From Octopus bimaculoides (taxonomy: Eukaryota), in assembly GCF_001194135.2 (NCBI RefSeq), contig NC_068998.1, positions 30,247,552 to 30,290,193 of the forward strand: 42,642 bases of DNA, in the 5' to 3' direction. Below, piece by piece: positions 23,765 to 35,658 of the stretch. The notes under the pieces are model-generated. The model did no database searches, was not told the origin of the DNA, and was given only the letters and a program-made list of their open reading frames with translations. Both the position numbers and the translations under genes were made by a program. How positions within the stretch are numbered: the first letter of the stretch is position 1; each line of letters begins with the position of its first letter.

Positions 23765-25150
23765 AACCTGCCCTGGGAAGTGTGGGATGGATGCACAAAG
23801 TTTACATATCCCAAGACCCCCAAAAGGGTCCAGAAGGTAACTGAAGGGTCACAACTCTTACAGGTAAGGAGCAGGGACTAGTGGAGGAGATCAGATGCTA
23901 CTGACTAGATGTAGTAAAGGTTTTTTCAACAAAGTTCTACGATTCTGGCACTGCAGATTTGGATGAAGGATGGAAACTCTACTATTCAGGTGTGGTGCCA
24001 GGAATGACTGCACAGACTCACAAGTCCCCAGCCATCAGAATGTGCTAGGGACAGAATCCTGTTGGGATAGAGGATATGTCTATTGAAACTTTGGCAGAGA
24101 GATTGGCCTTTGTGAGTGGTGCAAGTTTATGTACCAAACAGGAAATCCAAATACAGATCCTTCCTTGATGAAGTCACTGCAGTGTTCGATGTAGTTAGGA
24201 CTGAGTCATATATCCTAATGAGAGACTTCAATATACATGTTGGCACTGACCCTTGACATGGAAGGAATGATTGGTAGGAATGGCAATACCAATCTAAATA
24301 AAAACGGAGAGGCCTTATTAGATTTCTGTTCTAGCAATGGGCACTCTATTATGAATACCTTCTAGTACAAAGACATTCATGTATATACATGGTACAGAGT
24401 AGGTTGGAGACATAGATCAGTAATTGATTTTGTTATTGTGTCTGATCTCTTTGATTTTGCGCTAGATGTTTGTGTTAAGAGAGGGGCTGAACTGTCGACT
24501 GATTACCATCTAGTTGTCAGCAACCTGAGACTAAATCAAACCAAGAAAATCCACAAAACTGGTACGTTCAGCTTGACCTACAGGATAAAATAGGAAGTAC
24601 TGGCTGATAAGGAGGTTAGGACTTGGTACACAAATACTATTGCATCCAAATTCAGGGAACTCTCAGAACAAACTAAGAACATTGAAACAGAGTGGAGACT
24701 ATTCAGCTAGGCAGTCGCTGCTACAACTGTGTAATACTGTAGGTGAACGTAGCTCAGTGTGGCATCAGGTGACAGGAGGACAACTTGGTTCAATCTTTGC
24801 AGCATCCAAGCAAAGAAGGAGGCTTACAAAGTTTGGCCTGGAAATGAGTACTTCCTCTTGCACTTGCAGTACAAACAGGTGCAAAAAGTATGAGATGAAT
24901 AGACAGTTTCTTGTTGCCTTGAAGTCCCTATATGAAAGCCCAAGTCTTTGTGTTTGGATAAATGGTGCTAATTCAAAACCATTCAATGTAGTTGTTGGAC
25001 TCTGCCAAGGGTGCATGATGTCATCTCTCTAGTTCATAATCTTTATGGACAGAATTGACATGCACAGCCAGGTTGGAAGTGGTATCAAGACTGGTGGGTG
25101 TAGGATCAATCAGCTGGAATTTGCAGACAATATGGTACTACTCAATTTGT
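23765..25150 (+). mobile_element. RTE (BovB-like) LINE, APE endonuclease plus part of RT, internally deleted
   Basis: TTLTGKEQGLVEEIR, GWKLYYSGV, RSVIDFVIV, ELSTDYHLVV; then GLCQGCMMSS..FIIFMD...QLEFADNMVLL. Confidence 0.85.
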
Positions 25151-25159
25151 TAGGTGCTC

Positions 25160-25535
25160 TCATAGATTAAACTTTCCTCTCAGTATTCTTTACCTATTTT
25201 TCATAACATAGATATGTAAAAACACACACAACCACACATGCGTGATCTGTGACAACAACATACACATAAACACATAAACACATCAACATTATAGATATAA
25301 GATTTAGTTTCTGTGTTTCTTCTATAAACACGTGCAGGCATTGCTATTTTATAACTGTCTTCCATTCTCTCTTTCTCTCTCTTCATTGCTACCCTCTCTA
25401 TTCCTTTCTCCTCCTCTCTCTCCCTCTTCTTCTCTCACAAAACATTCACTACAATATAACTCATGTTCATCAATGTTTGGTAAATATACCACGATTTTCA
25501 TTAGGGTTTTAGTGTTAGGGTTTATGTATCAATCA

Positions 25536-25574
<39 letters not shown>

Positions 25575-26970
25575 TCCCTCTTTTACTCTTACTCTCTATA
25601 TTATACGTTGAGCGCGTAATTACTACACTGGAAAGTTCACATTGAAAAAATTCCACTGATGTAAAAATTTTTAAATTCCGTTTACTTTGTGAGATTTAAG
25701 GGAGATTTGGCTGTTGTTTCTTCCCTTCTACCTGTACACACAATCATTGACTACAATATAACTCATGTTCGTCAATGTTTGGTAAATATACCACGATTTT
25801 CACTAGGGTGTTAGGGTTAGGGTTTTAGGGTTACGGTTAGGGTTAGGGTTTAGGGTTAGGATTAGTGTTACGGTTATGGTTTTAGGGTTAGGGTTTTAAG
25901 GTTAGGGTTAGTGTTAGGGTTAGGTTTAGGGTTTAGGATTAGGGTTGGGTAATCAAGCGAGTGTTAATCTGAAAAATTACAGAAATGTGAAAATTATCGA
26001 CCCTGCCATCTATTATAACTTTTGTTGTTCTGTTTAATATATACATAGATTATGCCTCCAAAGAAGAGAGTTTGCTGGGGAAAGAAAGCAACCTGTTTAA
26101 AGTGACAGCAACAGACTGCAGCAATTCACCACATTCCAGAAGCTACTTTGAACATAATGCAAAATGGTGCATCAACATCTTCTGCACAATCTGATAGAAT
26201 TCTGGCAAAACTGTGTAGCAACAGATCGCCAGCAATTGCATCATAAGTAATTGCCGTCCTACCTGCTGCTAAAAGGGATTACCCTGCTATGTATAATCAG
26301 GGCAGCACAAAAAGTNNNNNNNNNNNNNNNNNNNNNNNNNNNNNNNNNNNNNNNNNNNNNNNNNNNNNNNNNNNNNNNNNNNNNNNNNNNNNNNNNNNNN
26401 NNNNNNNNNNNNNNNGGGGGGAGAAAGGAATAGAGAACAGGAGCAATGAAGAGAGAGAAAGAGAGGAAGGGAAAACGGAAGGCAGTTATAAAATAGCAAT
26501 GTGTGCACGTGTTTATAGAAGAAACACAGAAACTAAATCTTATATCTATAATGTTGATGTGTGTATGTTATCACAGATCACGTATGTGTGGTTGTGTGTG
26601 TATTTATGTTTCTATGAGGTAGAGGGATAGAAGAAAGCTATTAAATGGGAGAGAGGTTGAAGAATGAAGTAAGAGTGAAAAGTTAATCTATGACTTTGTA
26701 TGTATCACTTTCTCTCTCTCTCTCTCCCTCTTTTACTCTTACTCTCTATATTATATGTTGAGCGTGTGTGTAAGAAATATAAAAGTCGCTAGAAACAACG
26801 GCCAAATATCCCTTAAATCACACAAATTAAACAGAATTTTAAAAATCTAATTACTGCACTGGAAAGTTCACATCGAGAAAATTCCATTGATGTAAAAATT
26901 TTTATGAAGAAGTGGAAAATGTGGATTTCTTTTAAAAAGGCTTCACACAGATACACAACTTCAACTTNNN
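25160..26970. mobile_element. Rearranged cluster of Helitron-like/TTAGGG-bearing repeat pieces, same family as 30-1458
   Basis: 25745-26315 matches 655-1215. A truncated copy lies at 25450-25525, inverted arms at 25160-25430 vs 26416-26693, and a direct repeat at 25525-25680 vs 26698-26905. Confidence 0.75.
25802..25950 (+). repeat. Degenerate (TTAGGG)n tract
   Basis: Read directly. Confidence 0.95.
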
Positions 26971-27602
26971 NNNNNNNNNNNNNNNNNNNNNNNNNNNNNN
27001 NNNNNNNNNNNNNNNNNNNNNNNNNNNNNNNNNNNNNNNNNNNNNNNNNNNNNNNNNNNNNNNNNNNNNNNNNNNNNNNNNNNNNNNNNNNNNNNNNNNN
27101 NNNNNNNNNNNNNNNNNNNNNNNNNNNNNNNNNNNNNNNNNNNNNNNNNNNNNNNNNNNNNNNNNNNNNNNNNNNNNNNNNNNNNNNNNNNNNNNNNNNN
27201 NNNNNNNNNNNNNNNNNNNNNNNNNNNNNNNNNNNNNNNNNNNNNNNNNNNNNNNNNNNNNNNNNNNNNNNNNNNNNNNNNNNNNNNNNNNNNNNNNNNN
27301 NNNNNNNNNNNNNNNNNNNNNNNNNNNNNNNNNNNNNNNNNNNNNNNNNNNNNNNNNNNNNNNNNNNNNNNNNNNNNNNNNNNNNNNNNNNNNNNNNNNN
27401 NNNNNNNNNNNNNNNNNNNNNNNNNNNNNNNNNNNNNNNNNNNNNNNNNNNNNNNNNNNNNNNNNNNNNNNNNNNNNNNNNNNNNNNNNNNNNNNNNNNN
27501 NNNNNNNNNNNNNNNNNNNNNNNNNNNNNNNNNNNNNNNNNNNNNNNNNNNNNNNNNNNNNNNNNNNNNNNNNATATATATATTATATATACATATAATA
27601 TA

Positions 27603-27729
27603 CAGGGTGTCCACAAAATCTGGGTACATGGAGATTAACACATACTTTAAGAAATTATTATTTCTTATATTTAATTGTTTATGTTATGATTTTATTTACT
27701 CCATGTACCCAGACTTTGTGGACACCCTG
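27603..27729. mobile_element. 127-bp Tc1/mariner-type MITE
   Basis: 31-bp TIRs cagggtgtccacaaa(a/g)tctgggtacatggag with 1 mismatch; TA on both sides. Confidence 0.92.
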
Positions 27730-27747
27730 TATATATATATATATATA

Positions 27748-27950
27748 TATCATCATCATCATCATCGTTTAATGTCCGCTTTCCATGCTCGCTCAAAAGT
27801 CCTTACACATGCTGCGGGCACAAGTGCCAGAAAGGCGATGCTGGGCACAGGTGCCATCCCGATTTCGCTTTCGCTTGCCCCATTAAGTCTTCGCAAGCTG
27901 AGTTTTGTGTCCAATGAAGGAGACGACGTTGGCATGGGTGCCAGTCGTCG
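27748..27950 (-). mobile_element. RTE 3'-UTR-derived SINE-like fragment
   Basis: (CAT)n tail plus tttaatgtccgctttccatgc; body homologous to 16440-16630. Confidence 0.8.
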
Positions 27951-27959
27951 AATAATGTT

Positions 27960-28180
27960 TTCCAGAAAAAATTCAGCAAACACCAGAACATAAGCAGGCA
28001 AGACAAATGAAAAATATACAAAATAAAGAATTAATCGTATATTGGTTTCCCCATCAACTTTTTACTTACGTAAAAACGTCCGTAGTTCATCAGTACAATC
28101 GTTCTAATTCAATATAATTTGCAGAACTATACACGAATTGTCTTCATAAAATTTGACATGCATACAGTTCTACCAATTAC
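27960..28180 (-). mobile_element. Diverged relative of the 17-kb hammerhead unit
   Basis: ggcaagacaaatgaaaaa...attaatcgtatattggtttcc aligns to 17220-17280. CTGATGA at 28087-28093 and GAAAC at 28045-28049 on the minus strand. Confidence 0.55.
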
Positions 28181-29084
28181 ACAGCATAGGAGGTGTCAAC
28201 AAGAATGTTGAAAAATGAGGAGATTATCCTGCTACCCACGTATCTAGGGAGAAGAACCACAAAGATAACAGTGGAAGAAATACCAGCGGGGTATGACATG
28301 ATGTGGATAGCAGCAGCCGTAATTTACGATACGGATGAAGAGATGGGGATACTGCAAATGAAGAAGAGGGAGGCTGTGAATTGGAGAGAACAGACATTCA
28401 AGATGCTGGTACAGGCTTCAAATGAAGTGTTAGAAACACTACCAGATAGAGTTTTTATAGGGGAGGAGCTGAGCGTCAGAGTCGCAATTGAAGGACATAG
28501 GCCTTGATGCTTCAAGTGTGGCCAAAAGAATGTGAGAAAAAGAAACAAAAAAAGAGTGAAGCCCCTCCGCAAAAAGAAAACACTAACGAACACCAAGAAA
28601 AGGAAGAGAAAGAAAAAAGAACAGAAAAAGTAGAAGAAAAGAAGGAAAAAGAGAAACAAAAATCCCAAGAGAAAAAATCAGAAAAATCTTGTGGCAGAAG
28701 AGAAGATGGATTTTACCACCGTCATATCACACAAGAGAAAAAAGGCCCAAGCCCCAGACAAAGAAAACAAGCAAACACACTACAGATACACAGGAAAAAA
28801 ATCCCCCATACCACCCTTATGTTAAAACCCTTTGCCACCACCCCCAGAAAAACACAAGAAAAAATAATTTCTTTCAACCAAAAAAACACTGTGTTAACAA
28901 CAATAATTCGAGTGCATCACAAGGCTTGTGTATATAAAGCAACACAAGACATGCCACCTCACATCCGTGCTGTGAGAATGGATGTGGGGTTGTTTCAAGA
29001 ATTGAGAGAGAGATACCCTGATGATATTCATGACATAAGCCAGGAGATGGCGGGCAAAAAGTTTATGGTTAGCCCAGGAGCTAC

Positions 29085-29463
29085 TGTTGTTGGCACTCCA
29101 TCGCTTACAACGTCGAAGGTTCCAGTTGATCCGATCAACTGAACAGCCTGCTCGTGAAATTAACGTGCAAGTGGCTGAGCACTCCACAGACACGTGTACC
29201 CTTAACGTAGTTCTCGGGGATATTCAGCGTGACACAGTGTGACAAGGCTGACCCTTTGAATTACAGGCACAACAGAAACAGGAAGTAAGAGAAAGTTGTG
29301 GTGAAAGAGTACAGCAGGGTTCGCCACCATCCCCTGCCGGAGCCTCGTGGAGCTTTAGGTGTTTTCGCTCAATAAACACTCACAACGCCCGGTCTGGGAA
29401 TCAAAACCACGATCCTACGACTGCGAGTCCGCTGCCCTAACCACTGGGCCATTGCGCCTCCAC
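29085..29463 (-). mobile_element. tRNA-derived SINE with well-preserved head
   Basis: Head gtggaggcgcaaTGGCCCAGTGGttagggcagcggactcgcagtcgtaggatcgtGGTTTTGATTCCcag with A- and B-box-like motifs. Confidence 0.85.
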
Positions 29464-29773
29464 AGCCCAGCAGCTACACCACAGAAANNNNNNNNNNCCC
29501 TAAACTTATAATGTAAGTAACCTTTTACTATAGAGATTAAGTTAGGGTGTATAAATGTGCGTGAAGCATTCTCGCCTCTTCTAAATGGCTACAAGAAATT
29601 TATTTCTCCTAGTCGTTGGGGAGGTGGGGGCGTAGTGGTCCTATTCAAGAAAAACTTGAATGTACAGATAAGTACAGTCATTCTGGACCCAGAGGGTAAG
29701 CTGATCATTTTGGATGTGACACACGTAAGTAAACAGTCCTTCAGGTTGGTAACTATCTACGTTTCTAAAGAGT

Positions 29774-30260
29774 GTAGACAAGAGTGTAGACAAGAGTGTA
29801 GGCACAGGAGTGGCTGTGTAGTAAGTAGCCAGGCACAGGAGTGGCTGTGTGATAAGTAGCTTGCTTACCAACCACATGGTTCCGGGTTCATTCCCACTGT
29901 GTGGCACCTTGGGCAAGTGTTTTCTACTATAGCCTCAGGCCGACCAAAGCCTTGAGTGGATTTGGTAGACAGAAACTGAAAGAAGCCCGTCGTATATATG
30001 TATATATAAATATCTATGTTTGTGTGTCTGTGTTTGCCCCCCCCCACACACACACACACACACACCCAGCATCGCTTGACAACCAATGGTGGTGTGTTTA
30101 TGTGCCCATAACTTAGCGGTTCGGCAAAAGAGACCGATAAAATAAGTACTAGGCTTCCAAAGAATAAGTCCTAGGGTCGATTTGCTCAACTAAAAGCAGT
30201 GCTCCAGCATGGCTGCAGTCAAATGACTGAAACAAGTAAAAGAGTAAAAGAGTAAAGAGT
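29774..30260 (+). mobile_element. Full-length tRNA-derived SINE with duplicated head, internal microsatellite and (AAAAGAGT)n tail, inserted in Tx1 ORF2
   Basis: ggcacaggagtggctgtgt at 29801 and 29832; B-box-like GGTTCATTCC; TAAAGAGT flanks at 29766-29773 and 30253-30260. Confidence 0.88.
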
Positions 30261-33252
30261 AAGCTGGTTTTTTTCTGGGACCTGGAGAACTTAGTGATGT
30301 CAAAAACTCTAATAATAGGTGGTGGTGCGTGCTCAAGTAAGCCATTCGTTCTGAGTCTCTTAGATTTAGTAATCAGCTAAGTATAGAGAAGACTAGAATA
30401 GAAGGGAACTTAATTAAGGAATTAGATGAGGCCATGGAATCTGGCTCTGCATCCAGAGTGATGGCGGTCAGAGCAGTTTTGTTCCCTCATCTCAAAGACA
30501 AACACGAAGGGTGTAGAGTCAGAGCTAAGTTACGTGCAGTGGGGAGAGAGGGTATTAACGTTGCCGGATGGGCACATTGTGTGGAGATAATGGATGAACA
30601 TGGGCATACGATTGAAGGACAGGAGGAGATGTAAAAGGCATTTCACCAGCATTTCACCCGGTTGCTCAGGAAGAGCGGCATGCTGGGTTGTGGGGAGTCC
30701 CTAAAGAACTTCCTTGCTGGTGGGCTGCGGCTCTCGGCACGGGAGGCAGAATGCTGTGAAGGGCCAATTACTGCTGTGGAGGTTGAAGAGGTGCTAGCTG
30801 AGTGCGCCGGGGACAAGTCACCGGGCCTGGATGGTCTGCCCTATGAATTTTATCATAGTATGCCGGACTTATTCGGACACTTGCTGGCCTGCATCTACAC
30901 AAACTGGCAGCAGAATAGGAGGATTCCCAGCTCTGTGAGTCGGGGAGTGGTAACACTGATCAGAAAAGGCCCAAGCAAGGGGGATCATATTAGTAATTTT
31001 AGGCCCATTACTCTACTTAATGTAGAGTTAAAGATTTTGGCTAAGGTGCTAGGAAAAAGGTTGACACGTGTCGTGGAGAAACTTGTAGGGAAGGTGCAGA
31101 CATACACCATCCCAGGCAGGTCAATGCAGGACAATCTTCATCTCTTACGCTACACCTTAGACAGGGTTGGTAAATTATCTGGTAAAGGTGGGGCACTGGT
31201 CCATTTAGACCAAAGTAAAGCTTTTGATAAGGTAGACCACCAGTACCTGGCGGAGATCCTCGAGACAGCTGAGCTGGGCCAGGACTTTTGCGGTTGGATC
31301 ACATTTATGGCGGCATCAAATCCACAGTCCAAATAAATGATTACCTGTCGGTGCCATTTGAGATCAATCACTCGGTTTGACAAGGGTGCCTCGTCTCCAC
31401 TTCAGTATGTACTGGCTCTTGAGTCATTGCTGTGGAAGTTGGAGAGTTTGGGGATGTGGTAAGTCTGTTTCTGCATATGCGGATGACGTCACCATCACCA
31501 TGTCTCAGTTACCTTGTGTAAAGGAGACAATCAAAGGATACAAAGCGGTGGCAGGGGCAAAAGTTAACAAGGACAAGTCCATCAGCTCACAGCTCAGCAC
31601 CTGGAGTGGCAAGACAATAACATCCAGTGCCGTGGGGCACTGGACAGATGGTCCTGTTAAGTTGCTTGGAGTTTGGTTTGGACAAGATTCCCACACAGAG
31701 AATTGGAGCATGGTGTCAGGCAGGGTAGCTGCTCTAGTCCAGACCTGGTCTGGAAGGGCGCTATCCCTGAAAGGGAAGGTGGAGGTGGTGCAGGTGTATA
31801 TTGCATCTGTTATCACCTACCATCTGACCATTGTCCCTTACCCTGATTCGTGGCTAAGCAAATTGGCATGCCTTCTCTTCCACTTGTTGCAGAAGAGAGG
31901 AAAGCCACTTCTGAGGCACTCCGTATGCTGCCAAGAACCGCTAAAGAGTGGGTTAAGGATGCTGTCGCTAATGATGTGCAGGCATGCATTGAGCCTAAGG
32001 CATCTCTGGCTCTACCTGGATGGTGGCCAGGTGTGGAATTCGCTGGCGGAGGAATTCTTTCCACAACCGGCATCCTTGGAGGAATTTAAACCTGATTTTA
32101 TTAAAAGACGTAATACAACTGAATGGCAATAAGAGTGCTGACAGGCAATTGTGCTAATCCACAAGGTGGGCAAAGCCAGCAGCAGGAATACCACCTTGGT
32201 ATTTTATAAAGGGCTGGTAGAATTTAAGAGTGATGACATCCTGAGAGAGGCTCTGGGGTTCGATGAGAACCAACTCGCCAACTTGTTCCAGAGAACTTTC
32301 AGGCCAGGGTACTTGGATAACTACCAAAAATCCCTGACCTGGCAGTGCTATAGGAATGCGTTACCTGTTTGCGAAAAATTGTCCAGGCATGGAATATCAG
32401 TGCCACCAGCATACCCAAGGTGTGAGCAGGACGACGAAACCATCCTGCACGCTCTTGTACAGTGCCTGGAGCTTTCAGGCTTGATAATTTACGTAAAACA
32501 CGTGTTGCTGCATTTAGGAAGAGTACAGCTATCAGCTCAGTCTGTGATAAAGATTGTACTGCCAACTGGACTATCAAAGTAAGGTGAGGCATGCTTTTTG
32601 TGTACAGTGGCAGTGTTGAAAGAGTGTGTATGAAGAACTAGTATGAAAGGAGTCGCGACATGAACTTTTATCTCCGGCCCTGGCTTGCTGTATTACTTCA
32701 GATATCATCTGAAGAGCAAGATAGGGCTGGAGAGGAGACACCTGTCGCGAAGTATGTTCTGGAAAAGATGGAAGGATGTAGCAAGGAAGTTGGGTGTGAA
32801 TGACCCTACTTAATCTCATTCTTGGTAAAAGCAAGTTGTAGCCGTTGGACTTCATGGTCAATGTGTTAATTGTAAAAGGTACAAAATTTTTTATTTCTTA
32901 TATACATCATCTGATTTTTAAAACCTTTATAATATGAACTCATAATCACATCATTTGTTTGTAATGTCCTGTATTGTTCTTTTTTATGTAAGATAATAAT
33001 GATCATAATAAAGAATTACCTCTCAGGTACATCTGATCGACAAGAGTCAACAAACTTGAAACATCAATGCCTCAGATTCCTGAGAGAGGGCAACACTGAA
33101 CGAACAGGGTGTGTTCACACATTTTTACCATAAGAGAAAATTTTTTCTCCATGTTAACTGCAGTGTATTTGCCTTTAGCAGTTGAAATATGTGACAAACA
33201 TATTTTAACTAACCTAAATTATACATTTATATATATATATGTATATATATAT

Positions 33253-33661
33253 TCTTTTACTTTCTTTTTTGACTGCAGCCAGGCTGGAGCACTGCCTTTA
33301 GTCGAACAAATCAACCCCAGGACTTATTCTTTGCAAGCCTAGTGCTTATTCTATCAGTCTTTTATGCTGAATAAGTTTCAGGGATGTGAACACACCAACA
33401 TGTGGTTAAATGACAGTCCACTGTGGGGTGGGGGACAAACACAGACACATACATAAATCTATACATATATATATATATATATGTATGTATGTATGTATGA
33501 CAGGCTTCTTTCAGTTTCTGTCTCCCAAATCCACTCACAAGGGTTTGGTAGGCCCGAGGCTATAGTAGAAGACACTTGCCCAAAGGTGCCATGCAGTGGG
33601 ACTGAACCCAGAACCATGTGGTTGAGAAGCAAGCTTCTTACCACACAGCCACTCCTGTGCC
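33253..33661 (-). mobile_element. tRNA-derived SINE, same family as 29801-30260
   Basis: Reverse complement of ggcacaggagtggctgtgtggtaag...ggttcagtcccactgc; internal (AT)/(ATGT) microsatellite. Confidence 0.9.
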
Positions 33662-34176
33662 TCATATATATANNNNNNNNNNNNNNNNNNNNNNNNNNNN
33701 NNNNNNNNNNNNNNNNNNNNNNNNNNNNNNNNNNNNNNNNNNNNNNNNNNNNNNNNNNNNNNNNNNNNNNNNNNNNNNNNNNNNNNNNNNNNNNNNNNNN
33801 NNNNNNNNNNNNNNNNNNNNNNNNNNNNNNNNNNNNNNNNNNNNNNNNNNNNNNNNNNNNNNNNNNNNNNNNNNNNNNNNNNNNNNNNNNNNNNNNNNNN
33901 NNNNNNNNNNNNNNNNNNNNNNNNNNNNNNNNNNNNNNNNNNNNNNNNNNNNNNNNNNNNNNNNNNNNNNNNNNNNNNNNNNNNNNNNNNNNNNNNNNNN
34001 NNNNNNNNNNNNNNNNNNNNNNNNNNNNNNNNNNNNNNNNNNNNNNNNNNNNNNNNNNNNNNNNNNNNNNNNNNNNNNNNNNNNNNNNNNNNNNNNNNNN
34101 NNNNNNNNNNNNNNNNNNNNNNNNNNNNNNNNNNNNNNNNNNNNNNNNNNNNNNNNNNNNNNNNNNNNNNNNNNNN

Positions 34177-35656
34177 ATAAATTATAGTAACTAATGAATT
34201 TATATACAATTATAAATATTTACGGGTGAAAAAAGTATTCGTACAGAATATAAATAACTGATAATTCTGATTTAATATATCGTAGCATAACCATTATTCA
34301 GTTCCACTCCAACCAATCTCTTCTTGTAGTTCTTAATCAATGACCCTCATGTTTCTTTAGGAATTTTTTCCCATTCTTCTTGACAAATTTTCTTCACATC
34401 TGGAATGCACGTTGGGGCTCTTGAATGAATTTTAATTTTCAAATAACGCCACAAATTTTCAATGGGGTTCAAGTCAGGTGACTGGCTTGGCAATTCTAAT
34501 TATTTTATATTGTGATTGACAATCCATTTTTTGGTAGACTTCGTCATGTGCTTAGGGTCGTTATCCTGTTGTAAAACTCACTCTTCACAAAGCTGGAGCA
34601 TTTCTACAGAGTCCCATAAATTATTGTTCAAAATTGTTTGGTACATCTCTGCATTCATTCTACCATCTATCACATGTAAATTGCCAGTGCCATTTGCAGA
34701 GAAACACCCCCACACCATGATGTTGTCACCTCCAAACTTTACAGTAGGAATTGTGTTTTTCGGTGCATAGGCGGTACTATCTTTCCTCCAAACATAGCTA
34801 CGCGAATTTCATTCAAACAATTCAATTTTTGACTCGTCTGTCCATAGAACATTTTCCCAGAATGTATCAGATTTATCTTTATGTTCATAAACAAATTTTA
34901 AACGGGCATCTCTATGCCTTTTAGTCAACAGCAGAGTTTTTCTAAGAGAGCGTGACTTCAGTTCATTCCTATGAAGTTCATTGCTGATTGTTTGTAGTGT
35001 AACACTAGTCCCTGAAGCTAACAAATCTTCTTGCACCTCCTTTCTGGTGATCATTGCATTTTTTCCGATTCTTCGCTTCATTTTTTTAAAGATCTAGGGG
35101 AAATCTTGCGTGGTGCACCGGATCTTCTTCTATTTTCAACAGTTCCTGATTTTTTATATCTTTGAATAAATGAAGATATGGTAGAAAATGGAATACAAAG
35201 GGTCTCTGATATTTTCCTGTAACTTTTACCTGCTTTCCACTGTTCAATAATTAAGTTTTTCACTGAATTTGTGAGTTCTTAACTTTTTACCATTATTACG
35301 ACACTACTTTATGTTTCCTCAGTGCTGAATGAAGAAGCTAACATTTTGACACTTAAAAATGACTACTGATAAGATTATTGGAACAAACGAGAAAGTTTTA
35401 GTAAAAAAAAGATTATTTTAACAGTATTTTGTGACATAGAAGCTCATGAATTTATTCTGTACGAATACTTTTTTCACCCTTAAATATTTATAATTGTATA
35501 AATATTCATTAGTTACTATAATTTATTAGTTTCTTTTGCATATTCTTAGTTTATGCATGTGTATGCAAATATAGTATTGGTATATCCCATTTATGTTCAT
35601 TAGAAATTAAATAAATAAAAAATTTTGACATGTACGAATATTTATTTCCCCCACTG
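34177..35656 (-). mobile_element. Tc1-like (DD34E) transposon with IR/DR-type long TIRs; left end runs into a gap
   Basis: Terminus TA-CAGTGGGGGAAAT. Paired-domain N-terminus GKSYRKIS...RSGAPRKIS; [30 protein letters not shown]. Direct repeats at 35458-35479 and 35631-35653, mirrored at 34224-34245. Confidence 0.92.
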
Positions 35657-35658
35657 TA

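Larger units (their letters stand above)
28190..33013 (+). mobile_element. L1/Tx1-clade LINE, near full length but decayed and interrupted by two SINEs
   Basis: ORF1 remnant ending in a CFKCGQK knuckle. APE fragment GGGVVVLFKK...EGKLIILDV...LVTIYV. RT motifs DKSPGLDGLPYEFY, NFRPITLLNVELKIL, LDQSKAFDKVDH and YADDVT. C-terminal PRCEQDDETILHALVQC. AATAAA at ~33007-33012. Confidence 0.9.

Noticed and set aside
28324-29142. Hydrophobic antisense ORF and 212-aa Lys/Glu-rich ORF as host genes
   Set aside because: This is the A-rich low-complexity tail of the Tx1 ORF1 region running into a SINE; no domain or splice signal.
29395-29463. Functional tRNA gene (also the head at 38717-38779)
   Set aside because: The acceptor-stem pairing is incomplete and the head continues into a SINE body.
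30662-32582. Active RT gene
   Set aside because: The ORF is broken by stops and frameshifts, and the endonuclease is interrupted by a SINE.
15516-34209. Long ORFs in the track made of X residues (15.5-15.9, 26.3-26.6, 26.8-27.6 and 33.5-34.2 kb)
   Set aside because: They are artefacts of N-gaps.
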